Part shown: positions 1 through 13,688 of the stretch, piece after piece
Layout: each line of letters opens with the position of its first letter
How positions within the stretch are numbered: the stretch's first letter is position 1
Source of the DNA: Vicugna vicugna
Taxonomy: Eukaryota
NCBI GenBank assembly: GCA_013265495.1
Contig: MU058337.1
Location: forward strand, 6,492,716-6,556,715
Length of the DNA: 64,000 nt
Direction: 5' to 3'
Notes under the pieces: model-generated
The model's input: the letters and a program-made list of their open reading frames with translations, nothing else
The model's database searches: none
What the model was told of the DNA's origin: nothing
Position numbers and translations under genes: made by a program

Positions 1-1484
1 TTTACTAAATCCTCAAAACCAGTATACTAATTAGTAAAAGGCACCTGTGTCAACAGTCCTATTTCCATTTTTAAAAGTCGTTTCCTCAGCTGATGCCTGG
101 GGTCCTCATTTAGCACATTAGCGTTTGTGGAGCCTAAAAACTGCTCATCACTGCTGGTCACTGGCTAGTTGCTAACACTTAGCCGTTCCCACACACAGCA
201 GAATGTGTGGAGCCATCCAGCCGGTTTCAGAAACTCACCAGTAAGATGCTCCACCCAGGCTCTGCACAGAGACAAACATGCAGAGAGGTGGTGCCCTGTT
301 CTCAAGGAGCGTACAGCTCGACAGACCTCCAATGGGCAGCAGAGTTCCTGAACAGGTGCGGGTTCCACCCCAAATCAACCCGTGGGTCCATTAATTCCCA
401 CTGGAAAAGACATAAGGCTCTTTCCCAACAGCAGCTTAGAAATTCCGATGTTGGCTGGAAGGAGTCCACGATCAAAGTGGGGGTCCACCCCCTCTATGAT
501 GCCTCACTCTAGTAACACCTAGGGTGTCTGGGGCAGGGGGCGGGGGAATGATAAGTTGGAAGGAAAAAACAAAAGCAGAAAAGAAGATTCCCAAATGAAA
601 GTGAATGTTGTTTTGGATTCTGCTAAGGTTCCTCCATTGAGTTGAAAGATCATGACTTTTTTTTTTGTAATATACCTTCCAGATACTGAATTGGTCCTGA
701 GTTGAGGAAAAGAATGTGTTCCACAGGTGAGAAATTCTGAAATAAACAAAATGAACCTGGGACAGAAACACTGATGGGGAAGCACTTTCAACCACACAGA
801 CTCAGACTGACCAGGTTCTCCCAGTGACACCTCTGTGCTGGGGTGAGGCCTCGTTCTGCCATTAAGATCTCCCTCTACCACAACTCATGTTGATAAATGA
901 ATAATGTAGACAAGCACGTACAGAAGACTCCCCCTTCATGCTCTGGAAAACTCTTTCCAAAAAGGAGAACATTGAGGAATCTGAAAACAGCCCTGGACCG
1001 CGTTCAAAAACTCAAGCCAAGAAAGAATCTTCAGATTTGACATCTTAAATTAGCAGGAATGTTTAGACAAATCTATAATCTAGGAAAACATACATACACC
1101 CACACTCACACCAAAAAAGCTTGCCTTTCCATCCTCTCATGTCAAGTGGATAATTAGTAATAAATTCTGTTTACTGTGACCATATGATGATTTTTCTCAT
1201 CCAATAATTTTTAATAAGTGCCTACTATGTGTCAGACACTGTGCTGGGCACAGGCACAAAGGGGTGAATGTGGAGTTTCCAGTCTCATGGGGGACACTGA
1301 AAAAAAGAGGGAATTGTACCCCTTCACATCTTGTGACTAAACTGTAAGTGTGATGAGGAAAGGGATGCTCAGAGGGAGGAAAATGGGGGTGGGAGGGAGG
1401 ACATGCTTTAGCTGGTGAAGCCAAGAGGGACAGAGGAGGTGACTTTATGTATCAATCTTGTTTCCTTTTTTACATCCACTGTCT

Positions 1485-1645
1485 GTTGGTGTTCCTATGA
1501 GCCAGGCACTACGCCCAGCATTCGGTGCATCATCTCATCTAATTCTAACCATTCTGTGGTAAGTATCATGAGCCCCTTTTACAGAAGAGGGAACTAGAAG
1601 CGGCTGGCTAGTAAGTAGCAGGGCCAGGGCTCTGGCTCAGGTCCG
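1485..1645 (-). mobile_element. MIR SINE
   Basis: tatgagccaggcact...catcatctcatctaattctaaccattctgtggtaagtatcatgagccccttttacagaagagg. Confidence 0.6.
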
Positions 1646-1884
1646 TGTGATCTTGGGAAAATGTCTGAACCCCCTGGGCATCAAAGCTCATGGTCTTTGC
1701 CTTCCTGGCTTAAGGAAACAAGAGGAAGTCAGTGATGCGGGGGGAGTAGAGTGTGTGAGAAGGGTGGAAGGAGGTGATATGCAAGAAATAGAAGGGGTGA
1801 GACTGGACACGCCCCAGGGGGGCACTTTAAGAATGCTAAGCAGAGAGGTGAGATGAACCGATCTGTGTATTTAAAAATAGTTTG

Positions 1885-2612
1885 GAAGAAAACACAATGA
1901 GACACCATGTCACACCCACTAGGATGGTGACAATAAAAACAAAGGAAAATAACAAGTGCTGGTGAGGATGCAGAGAAACAGGAGCCCTCCTTGTGCGTTG
2001 CTAGTGGAATGTAAATTGTCGCAGCCACTGTGGAAAACAATTTGGTGGTTATTCAGAAAGTTAAACATAGAATTACCATCTGACTCAGCAATTATATTCC
2101 AGGCATATACTCAAAAGACTGAAAACAGGTACTCAAATATTCGTGCAAAACTGTTCACAATAGCACCATTCACAATTACCAGAAGGTGAAAACAACCCAA
2201 ATGTCCCTCAACTGATGAACGGATAAACAGAACATAGTATATACCTAAATGGAATACTATTCAGCCATAAAGGGGAATGAAATGCTGATACATCTTACAA
2301 CATGGATTAATCTTGAAAACATTATGCTAGGTGAAAAAAGCCCGTCAGAAAAGGCCACATATTGTTTGATTCCATTTATATGAAATATCCAGAAAGGCAG
2401 AGGCAGAGACAGAAAGCAGACCAGCAGTTGCCAGGGGCTGGGAGGAGGAGGGAACAGGGAGTGACTACAAACAGGTAGAGTGTTCCTTTGGGGTGATAAA
2501 AATGTTTTGGAACTAAACAGAGGCTACAGCTGTGCAACACTGTAAATGTACTATATTATACATTCTAAAATGGTTAATTTTATGTTATGCAAATTTACCT
2601 CAATTATTTAAA
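1885..2612 (+). mobile_element. L1MB-type 3' end
   Basis: ORF2 C-terminal remnant (cagccactgtggaaaaca, aacaacccaaatgtcc) and L1MB-type 3' UTR ending aaaatggttaattttatgttatgcaaatttacctcaa. Confidence 0.85.
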
Positions 2613-2850
2613 TGGCTTGGAGAGGTACAAGTGGATGTAAAAGACCCCTTTCACAGTGATCCAGGTGAGAGACAAAGAGAATGGGACAGATCCGAGAGAT
2701 GTTTTTGGAGGCAGATCCAACAAGTCTTAATGATAAAACATACATCTTACTATCTACGCTGATGGCATGTAAATGGGAGGTGATGAGGGAGGTGAGGCAG
2801 GCAGCTAATCAGAAGCCACTCCAAGAAAAACCTGAAGCTAGGAGAGTAGG

Positions 2851-3345
2851 TGTGGAAAGCAGAGTAATGGTCCCCAAAGGTGCCCACATCCTGACCCCTG
2901 GAATCCAGGAATATGGCAGGTTACACGACAAAGTGGAATTAAAGTTACTAATCAGCTGACCTTGAGGTGGGGCGAGTAGCCTGGATTATCCAGGTGGGCT
3001 CAATATAACCAACAAGCATTCCTGTAAGTGGAAGAGGGAGGCAGAAGTGACAGAACCAGAGAGAAGGCAGCATGAAAGAATTTGACTTACTGTTGCCGCT
3101 GTGAAGATGGAGGAAGGGGCCATGAGCCAAGCAATATGGGCACCTCTAGAAGTGGGAAAAGACATGGAAACAGATGTTCCCCCAGCACCCCCAGAAAGGA
3201 ACGCAGCTCTGCTGACACCTTGGTTTTGGCCTATTGAGGCCCACTTCAAACTTCTGACTTCTAGAAGTGTAAGACAACAAATTTGTGTTGTTTTACGCCA
3301 ATAAGTTTGTGGAAATTTGTTACAACAGCATCAGGAAACTAATAC
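2851..3345 (+). mobile_element. MaLR solo LTR (MLT1D-like)
   Basis: TG...CA ends (tgtggaaagcagagtaatggtccccaaag...ggaaactaataca) with typical MLT1 motifs ggattatccaggtgggctcaatataacc and gaagtgtaagacaacaaatttgtgttgtttta. Confidence 0.85.
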
Positions 3346-5235
3346 AGGGGGAAGAGTGGACAAGTGAAGGAGAGGATCAACAGGACCAGCAACAGATGGG
3401 GTACAGGTGGGAAAGGGAGAGGGGGGCACCAAAGATGACCGGGAGCTCTGACCCTAGAGAACCTCAATGAAGGGAAAGGGAGCAAGAGCCGTTAGAGGGG
3501 CTGGGGCTTCAGAGGGACAGACAGATGGTTGTTGTCTGAAAAGTCTCAAGAAGGATGGCTTCTAGGAGAAAGTGGTATCTGCGAGGGGCTGTGAGGTGAG
3601 AGGTGGGAGGAAGGGTGTGAGCAGATCGGAGAGGGGAGAGGGCTGAGTGGGTGTGAGGAAGGTGAGTGTTCTGGCTGAATGGCACACGGTGAGCAGTGCT
3701 GGGGGAAACGTTGGAAAGGTGGATGATGGATGAGGAGTCTGTGCATGCAACAGACAGCTGGAAGATATCAGGGAATTTACAGTGTGTGTGTCAGGGGAGA
3801 ATGGGGTAAGAGGATCGGAGGCCAGATTTAGGAAGCTAAGTAAGAAGTGGGTGCATGGGTGTGAATGTTGGATGGGGGTTCCAAAGGGTAAGGCTTCTCC
3901 CTGGTCTCAGGCATGTCACCAGGTCCCTGGTAAATCCCCGAGTGTTCCACAGCACAAGCAGACACTGATGACCCAAACTGATGGCCTGGACCTTTGTCAA
4001 GAGGCTGGGGTGTGGAAGGGGCCCCAAAAGCCTCTCTGATGTCCACAATTGCCTCCCTGGTAGAGGAGAAATTCTCTTTACTGGCCAGCTCTTTGCAGGT
4101 AAGGAATTTATAGGAAGCATTCATTAAAATGTATACTTGGGTGGGGCTTTGCACATGACATTTGCACATTCTAGTTTCCTCAGAGTCACTGGGCATCACT
4201 AGGTGGACAATTGACTATGGGACCCAAGAACACTGTGCTCTGAGCACTGGTGCGTTTGTGCAGCAGCAAAAGGGCACCAGGAGAGCAGGAGAAACCTGGA
4301 TGGAATGTAGGCAGAAATCACATCTCTACTTTTCTGAGTCAGTCTTTCTGAATTCACTTATTTAGGACATCTAACTCTTCTCACCCCTAAGTTCTTAAAG
4401 GTTCTGTATTCCCAGTACACCCCAATTATTTCAGAATCATAGCCCCTCAGCAGCCACTTGATTGACTGAGCAGAGCAGAGCACCGGGCAGAGGTCCCTGC
4501 TGCAGAGAGAGAGGGGGAAACTGCTGAAGACACCTCTTGATCTGAGGACCTGAAGGATAAGGATGAACAACACATGAACAAAAATCTAGCAAGTTGGCAG
4601 GAGAAGTGCAAATCAACTGAGTGCAGGCTGTACCCATAAATTTAGGGGAGGCAGAACTTTTATTATCTTCAGTCTCTGATCCCATTTAGCTGAAATGGAC
4701 CAAAATAACCCAAAGCTAAAAAAGCCATGTATTTTATATTTCTGAATTCTCTAAAGTCTTCTTGCTTTAGGTCAATAATTCCTTCCTAGATTATAAAATG
4801 TCAGTGGACAAGAGGCATCTAGATCACCTTGTTTTAATTGTGAGAAAAATTTAAAGACTGGGTTTAGATAAGGGCCTTGAACAAGGTCAAGGGCTAACTG
4901 CAGGGTCAACACTGGACCAGAACCCCGGAGCATCTGCCCAGGATCTTCCTGCCTATAGCATGGAGTTAGTAATTTGATCTTGTGAACTCTTTTTTGACAT
5001 TTGTAAGAAAAACCTGAATAGCACCAATGGGGATATTAAACCAATTCTGATTTTAAGGAGCTTGAGTAAGTTTCTACTTTAATATGAACTAAAAGCATTT
5101 TAGTGAAGGCAGAAATCAGCTAAGGGTGAACTCTGACTCACTGGTATAATTTAAAGATGTTATCATTGTTTCAAAGAAATCCACTTTAGACTCAAAGCCT
5201 TAACATCACATTTCTGTGCTCTATAAAAACATGCA

Positions 5236-5625
5236 CTAGCCAAAGGGTGTAAACAACCCAAATGTTCACTGATGAATGAGTGGATAAACAAAATGTGGCA
5301 TACACATATAATGAAATATTATTGAGCCTTAAAAAGGAAGGAAATTCTGATTTTCTATAATATGGATGAAACTTGAGGACATTATACAGAACAGTCATTT
5401 ATAGAGACAGAAAGGAGAGCAGTGGTTACTGGAGACCTGGGGTAGAGGTATGAGGAGTTACTGTTTAATGGGTACAGGGTTTCAGTTTGGGGCAATAAAA
5501 ATGGAGATGGATGGTGGTGATGGTTGTAAAACAATGTGAATGTACTTACTGCCACTGAACTGTACACTTTAAAATAGTTGAAATGGTAAATTTATGTTAT
5601 GCATATTTTACCACAATAAAAAAAG
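5236..5625 (+). mobile_element. L1MB-type 3' end
   Basis: aacaacccaaatgttcactgatgaatgagtggataaacaaaatgtgg...aaatggtaaatttatgttatgcatattttaccacaataaaaaaa. Confidence 0.85.
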
Positions 5626-5654
5626 GCACTACCTTCATTTCCTAAACCTGTTCT

Positions 5655-6050
5655 TTTTCATCCAGCAAATCTATATTGGGCACTTACAGTATGCCAGGCA
5701 CTGCTTCCATGCCAGGGTATACAGCAATGGGATAAACAAACCAAGTCCACGCTCTCATGAACACAGGGGCTGGGGCTGGGGTGCAGACAAACAATAAACA
5801 GATAAACATACCATACAGCAGGTGGAAATCAGTTCACTGGATAAAACATTAGAGAGAGCAAGGTGAAGAGAGTGTGGTGTTGGGGGGGATATGCTATGTT
5901 GTACAGGGTGGTCGGAAAGACCTCTTGGATGAGTGACATTTGAGCAGAGACAAAAAGGAACAGAGTGCCACAGGCTGGGAAGACAGTCCTGCAAAGGAGG
6001 CTGGTGTAGCTAGAAGGGCTGAGGGGAGGGAGTAGGTAGTAAGGAGGGCC
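5655..6050 (-). mobile_element. L2 3' fragment
   Basis: tcatccagcaaatctatattgggcacttacagtatgccaggcactg...gagtgacatttgagcagagac. Confidence 0.7.
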
Positions 6051-8943
6051 AGAGCACAGAGCTACCTCTGAAATCCCTCAAAAACTTTCCAAGGGACCGT
6101 TTATAGGTCAGTGTAGAAATACTCCTCTACATTTAGGTGTCTTTCATTCCTGTTAAAATGAGCAGGAAAACCAACTCTATCTGTCACTAGGAAGTATGTT
6201 TATAAGGGGACAATTTGCATCTCCCATTGCTAGAGCTCCCTCCAGTGTCTCAATATGAAAACAGCATCTGGCACAGACTTCTCCCTGCCTAAATTTTGGT
6301 TTTTGGCCAAAAAGTAAAGTGGGCGTATCATCCTTCTCACAGAGAATACTGTGAGATTAAGTAAGAAGACAAGTCAAGTGCAGGTGCTTCAAAATAAGCC
6401 TGCACTACTTGTAAAGCGGTACAACGTATACTCGTGCACGCGATGATGTGTTTAAATGACTGTATAGACTTTAAAAGTGCTCATAGAGAGGCCCTTATTT
6501 GAAAAATATACAAGTTTTTAGCAATCTCGAGCTTTCAGTTAAACAGCAAACACAGTCAAGCACTGAACTGTGACCCTCAATTTACTGGGGGTGGCAAGGA
6601 CAATAAAGCACAAAGCCTTGTCTTTAAAAGTTTTCAATACTCTGGGGTCTGAGTATTAGCATTTGAAGTGCTCTGCAAATACTTACAGAGCACTATGTTC
6701 ACTGTGCCTTCTCAGTCAGAATACAGTATGGAAAACAGCTAAGGAAGACTTGCCCTTACCAAGCATCCTCTTACAAGAGGAGCCTTACTTTCTCGTGGAA
6801 ATTGGCTTTGATTCCTTTATTATGAAATCAGGCCCTTTCTCAATCTCAAAGCCTAAGAGGAAGATGTTACATGTGGTGTAATTCTAAAGAGAACTTGCAG
6901 AAGTAAAATTTCATGGCCATTTACAAAAACAACTGTAGGCTGGGTCAGTGTGACAGCTGAGGCCACAGAGGGAAAAGCCACCAGTGGCTAACAGCCAGGG
7001 GAGGGGTTCTTTCTAGGTCTGGTGATGCCAGCTGTGCAACCAGTAAGACAGGACAGTCCCTGATTACTTTACTGTACATGGGCCGGCTGATGTCAAGGAA
7101 AATGGGCAGATAACCTCCAAAAGCCATACTGCAACCCAGGTATCTAACACCATTTCTGGAGGGCAATTTGACAAGTATCAAAAGGCTTAAAATATTCACA
7201 CTCTTTGACCCAGCAAGTTCACATACAGAAATTACCTCCAAGGAGGTAAGTAAGGCCAGCCACAGAAGTCTGGATATACGGACATTTAGCTCTGCATTTC
7301 CCAAGAAAGAAAACTTGAAAATAGACCAACTACAACTATGGTTATATACAAACAAATATATATGTGATAATTGTTGAACAATAGTGAACATCAACACTCC
7401 GAGATTAGGTGAACATCCTGAAATTTAACCAAAACATAAAATCAAAGCAACTAAATAAAAAGCCACCTAAAACCTGGCTTATGGTTGGAAAAGAAAGGAA
7501 GGAAGGGAGGAAGAAAGGAGAAAATGAGACAAAGGTAGGAAAGAAGGAAGGAAGGAATCTTAATTCTGGGGCCCACTTACTATCTACACCATTCAAGTGA
7601 GTTATTTAATTGACAAGCTATAAAATGTTCAAGTAACAACATGAAATAAATTAAACCTGTATGAATTACAATGGATTTAAATTCATACCCAAGTGACCTA
7701 TATGAAAACACAAATACTGTTCCCTTGATATTTTCTTTATTGACTGATAAAATTCTAAACTTAACCTGTCAAGATCATGAGCAACGCATAGGGGAATAAA
7801 TAAGAAACATGTAACAACAGAACACAGCAGTTGCTTTTAGAGGCAGGAAAGCATATTGTTTTTACAATTAACAGCTCTTCCAATGTTAAGAATATTCATC
7901 AAGCCCACCAACAACCACTCCTCAAGGAGCCCAGCTTTCTTCTCTCTGCCTTCCTAAAATCTTAGCCACATGCACCTGTGGACTTCCCCACAGGGAGTCA
8001 CACATAAAATGGCAGCTCCTACAGAGCGGCCACTGCAACGTTTAGTTAAGGAAACCGTGACCAAAGGCTGTTTTCAGAAATTACATCAATCAGAACTTGG
8101 CTGTTGCAAAGCCATCACTGGAGAAAATAACCACCTCATGAAAGTGCCGATTCAGAGCGGTGGCGGCCACTCTAGATCCTACCTCACTGATCGCGTAGGA
8201 TGTCTTCCGCCGGGCTCAACCATAACCAAGCATGTGTCCTCACCTTCTAAGTCTCAAGTGTAACTTCAGAGAATATTCCATCCTCAGTGCACCACCATGG
8301 AGAATTTCTAGAATAATGAAGTGCTTATGCCACTCAAACATTCTGCAAAACGGGGGCACTTAGGAGAGTTCCCTGGGAGGACAGAGACTTTGGCGGCTAC
8401 AGTTATTCAGCGTAGAGAAAAGCACCTGTGATGAAACTGCCCTCAACTCCCTTCTGGATCTACGAGGCCCTGGTGGTAGAGGGTGAAAGTTTTTCAGTCA
8501 AGAGTTCATCTTCAGGTCCCAGCCTTTCCTCCTGACCCTTGGCCTCCCCCTTGGGCTACCCAGTGTCCTTCCCCTCAGCCTACACCCACACAGATGGTTC
8601 TGGTCCGCAGCAAAACTCTGTAACAGGTAATGGCACAGCGGGAGTAGAAGCTCTACGCAGCAAGAATGGGTCCACAAGCAAAGCTTACGCCATTCAGTAG
8701 GCTTGACACGGCCTTGCTGGCAAACAGCCCCTTGCAGGGAATTTCCCCACAGCTACATCTTCTCCAGGAGACACCACCCACCTTGTAGTTCACGCCCAGC
8801 TACCACTTTCAGTTCTTGCTCAGCAGCTTGGCTGCTGCCCGCTATTTGGCTCTGGGATACCTCATTTCCCATCAGCTCCTCTGTCTAAGCCATCGGCATG
8901 TCCCCTGCCCCTAGGCTACTGATCTATATACCACCACCACCCC

Positions 8944-9066
8944 CTTTTTTAAACAGGTGGGAAGTAATTAGGTTTCTTTCTTCATTTTTAGGCGGGTACT
9001 GGGAATTGAATCCGGACCTCGTGCATGCTAAACATGTGCTCTACCACTTGAGCTATACCCTCCTCC
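8944..9066 (-). mobile_element. Vic-1-like camelid tRNA-derived SINE
   Basis: Reverse complement reads ggaggagggtatagctcaagtggtagagcacatgtttagcatgcacgaggtccggattcaattcccagtacc...aaacctaattacttccc (A and B boxes). TSD ctatatacc at 8924-8932 and 9067-9075. Confidence 0.85.
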
Positions 9067-9329
9067 CTATATACCTCTTTATGATATTTCCTATTTCCTC
9101 AGTCTCCTCTCTCTTTCTCTTTTCTTCAGCCCTCTCCCTAGCAAGGGCCCTTCTTTCTCCATTCAAGCATTGTGAATATTTTCTCCCATCTCATTCTTTC
9201 AGGAGGCGATTAGAAGGCTCTAGCTCTAATTCTTGAACCTCTGGTCTACCATCTTCAATCATCTTTATTCCATCCTTTAGCCCTTCATTTCTCTACCTCT
9301 AAGGTAAATAACCATCCTCATTTGGCTGG

Positions 9330-10400
9330 AACAGAGGGGCTTCCTGGAATGTGGGACCTTTTGACCCAAAACTGATAAAAGGAGAGATACTCCAATATTG
9401 CAAAGACCTAATTGGTGCTGTTAAAAGTAACCATGTTTTAGTACAGCAATCTTTTTGCAGTGCACTCTCAGAAGATAAAGCATCACATATTGCAACCTGG
9501 ATATTTTGTCTTTTGGAAAAGACACCTTCAGAAGAACACTCTTCAGTCTCACTGAAAAGACCCCTATCAAGTACTGTTAACCAACCCTTGTGCCACCAAA
9601 CTCCAAGGAATAGACGCCTGGATTCATGTGACACACCTAAAGAAAGCACCGAACCTTGAATGAAACTGCATGTCATCTGGTGACCTGGAAGTTAAGATTT
9701 CCTGAAATTGGAACAGACGACATCTGATGAGACAGCTTTCCCAAGAATTCTGGACCAGGTCTATTGGAAGTTTGTTGCCAAATCTTTGATGATGACATAA
9801 CACTTCAGATGATCTCCAATGTCTGTGATCCTGTTAACATATGGACTTTAGAGGAAAAGCCTGAGAGTTCCCCCTCCTGCCCCTCTTTGTTACTCAAATG
9901 TGACCTTAATTAATTTCTAATCTGTGCACCTTCCCTCTAACAGGAAATGCTATACCCAGGAAAGGTCCTTCCTGACACTGAGGGACAAAAAGCACTGAAA
10001 CTAGAAAACTTGACTCTTGATCAGTGATGCTTTCAGAGAAAGATCTTGATCAAAAAGTGGAAATGTGAAAAATTAATTACACAGAAACTTCAATTAATAA
10101 AGTTGGGAGAGCAGAAGGGGGCGCTCTCATGCCCTGTCACCAAAGCAAAACCCAACAGGAAGAGAACAACTCTTCTTTCCTGGCAAGGACTCAGTCAATG
10201 AAAAGCCATGGGCCCTTTGTTTCCTGCAGCCCTCCCAACTCCCTTTCCTTCTCAATAAAAGTGTTCTCCTTCCCTTGTCCTGCAGGAACTTGCATTTGTA
10301 CTGTCATGGTTGGAGACATGCAACTGCAATTCCCTGATGATCTCAAAAAATCCCATTTTTGATGGAGAAATATCTGGCACTCTATTTGTTTCAGGTCAAT
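9330..10400 (+). mobile_element. ERV1-class remnant (MER34/MER39-like): end of internal region, polypurine tract and 3' LTR
   Basis: Integrase-tail-like sequence (aaactccaaggaatagacgcctggattcatgtgacacacctaaagaaagc = [17 protein letters not shown]), then gatcttgatcaaaaagtggaaa|tgtgaaa at about 10063. The LTR carries AATAAA near 10255 and ends ...caggtcaata. Confidence 0.72.
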
Positions 10401-10961
10401 ATCCTTCTCCTCAGTTTGGTAGTAGCCTGGAAAGCCAAAAGCCACAACCACAGGGAAAACTAGCAGCCTGGCAGCCACTGGAGGGGGCAGGGCAGGACTG
10501 GAGCTCTTTCAAAGCCCTGTTCCCAAAGGGCTATCACTATCTGACCTGTCTGGTGGTTTCCTGGAAGACCCTACTTGCAAGGTTGACCTGACTCAGAGCC
10601 GAACACTGGTAACAGCATTTTCCCTGAAGGCATTTGTTGAAACCCATCAGAAGCAATTATTTGACATTACAGCTACCTGAGATGATGGATAACACTTGGG
10701 GCAAACAACAGGCTAATGACAAAGCTTAAAAGGAAAAGCTGGAGAATGAGATGACTAAAGGGGACTTTGAAACGCTCTGACACATTCCTGAGCATCTAAA
10801 AGGCTATGCACACATGCAGGGCAGTTGACAGCAGACCCAACTTACAAGAAATACTAATGTAAGTTCTTCAGGCTGAAAGCAATCCCAGAATATAATTCAA
10901 AGTCACACACAAACACAAAAGAGTAATGGTAAAGGTAACTGCGTAATTATAAAACAGTTTA

Positions 10962-11082
10962 TATTTTCTTTTATTATTTGGGGGGGTAATTACATTTGGG
11001 GGGTAATAGAGGTACTAGGGATTGAACCTGTAACCTCATGCATGCTAAGTATGCACTCTACCACCGAGCTACATCCCCCCAC
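10962..11082 (-). mobile_element. Vic-1-like camelid SINE
   Basis: Reverse complement reads gatgtagctcggtggtagagtgcatacttagcatgcatgaggttacaggttcaatccctagtacctc. Flanked by near-duplicate aaaacagttta / aaaacacagttta. Confidence 0.82.
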
Positions 11083-11496
11083 CAAAACACAGTTTAAATA
11101 CATACTTCTGCTCCTTTCTTCTCTTACCTAATTTGAAAAGCAACTATATAAAAGAATATTATATAATTGTATTGTTAGGCCTATAACATATAGAAATGTA
11201 ATATATTTGCCAGTAACAATACAAAGGAGGCAGGTAGGAGCAAAGATGTACTGAGCTAAAGAAATAGCACCAGACAGTAACTCAAATCCACAGGAACCAA
11301 AAGAACTGGGAATAGTAAATAAGAATGTTACTGCAACAAACACTATAAAAATAACTGTATGTGTGTTTACTTGCATCTCCTTTTCCAAGTTTCTTTAAAA
11401 GATAAAAATTATATAAATGATAACTATAACAATATATTACGGGATTTGTTACATATATAAATGTAATATGTATAACAATAAACAAGAAGAAAAGGG

Positions 11497-11702
11497 TGAC
11501 AGGCATACACAGAATAGATAAACAAGATTATACTGTATAGCACAGGGAAATATATACAAGATCTTATGGTAGCTCACAGCGAAAAAAAATGTGACAATGA
11601 ATATATGTATGTTCACGTATAACTAAAAAATTGTGCTCTACACTGGAATTTGACACAACATTGTAAAATGACTATAACTCAATAAAAAAAAGTTAAAAAA
11701 AA
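11497..11702 (+). mobile_element. Young L1 3' end (same family as 35561-37100)
   Basis: Nearly identical to 36875-37090 (aacaagattatactgtatagcacagggaaatatatacaagatctt...ctcaataaaaaaa). Perfect 13-bp TSD aagaagaaaaggg at 11484-11496 and 11703-11715. Confidence 0.9.
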
Positions 11703-11810
11703 AAGAAGAAAAGGGAATAGAACTATGTAGATGTAACATTTCTCTGTCTCCTGGAATTAAGTTAGTATAAATCAAAAGTAGATTCTGATAAGTTAAGATG
11801 TACATGGTAA

Positions 11811-12198
11811 TTATACATACTATGAAATATCATCCAGCTGCAGAAAGGAATGAAATTCTAATACATGCTACAACATGGAAAAATCTTGAAAACATTAAGT
11901 TCTGGCTAAGTGAAAAGAGCCAGAAACAAAAGAACACATCGCATGACTCCAATTATATGATATACCTAAAATAGGCAAATTCAGACAGACAAAAAGTAGA
12001 TTACAGAATATCAGGTGCTGGGGAAGGAGGAGTTATTGCTTAATAGGTACAAAGTTTCTGTTTGGAGTAATGAAAAAAATTTGGAGATAGTGATGGTGGT
12101 TGCACAACACTGTGAACGGGATAATGCCACTAAACTGCACACTTAAAGTGGTTAAGATGGCAAAGTTTATGTTATATACAATTTACCACAATTTTTTA
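11811..12198 (+). mobile_element. L1MB-type 3' end nested in the older L1
   Basis: atgaaattctaatacatgctacaacatgg...gcacacttaaagtggttaagatggcaaagtttatgttatatacaatttaccacaa. Degenerate 16-bp TSD aagatg(tac/ctt)atggtaa at 11795-11810 and 12199-12214. Confidence 0.8.
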
Positions 12199-13199
12199 AA
12201 GATGCTTATGGTAAGCTCTAGAGCAACCACTTAAAAACAATAACAAATCTTTTAAAATAGTAAAAAAATCATTAGAGGAATAAAAATTATTACATTAGAA
12301 AATATTCACTTAATGCAAAAGAAATCAGTAGAAAAGGAATTGAGGAACAAAAAAGACATGAGACATATAGAAACCAATATCAAATAAACACATTACAAGA
12401 AAGGAAAACTACAGACCAATATTTCTCATGAACATAGATGTAAAACCCCCAACGAAATATTAGCAAATCAAATCCAACAATGTAGAAAAAGAATTATATG
12501 CCATGACCAAGTGGAATTTATTCCAGGTATACAAGGCTGATTCAACATTCAAAAATCAATTAAAATAATCTGCCACATCAACAGGCTAAGGAAGAAAAAT
12601 CATATTCATATCAATTGATTACAGAAAAAGAACTTGACAAAATTCAACCCTGATTCATGTCAGAAAAAAAAAAAAAACCTCAGCAAATAGAGAATAAAAA
12701 CATCTACCAAACACTTAACAGCTAACATCAGACTTAATGGTGGGAAACTGGATGCTTTTCCTAAGACTGGGAACAAGGCAGGAATGTCCCCTCTCATCAC
12801 TTCTATTTAACATTTTGCTAAAACCACCAGCTAATGCAATAGACAAGAAAAGGAATAAAAAGTGTACATACAGGGAAGGAAGACATAAAACTGTCTTTGT
12901 GAATGACACGACTACCTGTGTAGAAACTCCCAAAGAACTGAAAAAAATGGAGTAAGTGATTATGACAAGGTTTTGCAATACAGAATTAACATTGAAAAGT
13001 CAATTGCTTTTCAATATACCAGCAGTGAACAATTGGAATTTAAAATTTTCATTTTCCAAAAAATGAAATACTTAGGTATAAACATAACAAAACATGTACA
13101 AAGTCTATACGCAGAGAGCTATTAAACTCTGATGAAGAAATCAAGAAGATTTAAATAAATGGAGAGATAATTCCATGTTCATGTATTTAAGACTCAATA

Positions 13200-13688
13200 C
13201 AGATCCTCCTCGACTTACAATGGGGTTACGTCCCAATAAACCCATCATGTGTTGAAAATATTGTAAGTCAAAAACTGCATTTAATACACCAAACCTACTG
13301 AACATCATACCTTAATCTAGTCTACCTCAAACGAGCTTAGAACACTTACATTAGCCTACAGTTGGGAAAAATCATCTAACACAAAGCGTATTTTATAATA
13401 AACTGTTGATTATCTCATGATTTATTGAATACTGTACTAAAAATGAAAAACAGAATGGCTGTATGGATACAGAATGGTAGTAAGTGAATCAGTTATTTAT
13501 CGTTACTAGTGTGGGGCTGACTGAAAGCTACCTAGCATCATGAGAGAGTACTATACCACAAATCATTAGCCTGGGGAAATCAAAATTCAAAATTCGAAGT
13601 ACAGTGTCTAGTGAGTGCTTATCACTTTTGCACCATTATAAAGCTAAAAGACCATAGGTCAAACCATCATTAAGTTGTAGACCACCTG
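13200..13688 (+). mobile_element. TcMar-Tigger non-autonomous DNA transposon (MER47/Tigger5-like)
   Basis: Starts cagatcctcctcgacttacaatggggttacgtcccaataaacccatc and ends ...taagttgtagaccacctg. TA TSDs at 13198-13199 and 13689-13690; splits L1 ORF2 at agactcaata|tgttaagat. Confidence 0.85.

Noticed and set aside
6945..7397. 150-aa minus-strand ORF in CLYBL intron 1
   Set aside because: Overlaps decayed L1-like sequence, does not resemble CLYBL exon 2 and has no convincing splice boundaries.
9351..9659. 102-aa ORF as an intact or domesticated retroviral gene
   Set aside because: The integrase-like residues lie in a different frame and are disrupted; no catalytic core is visible.
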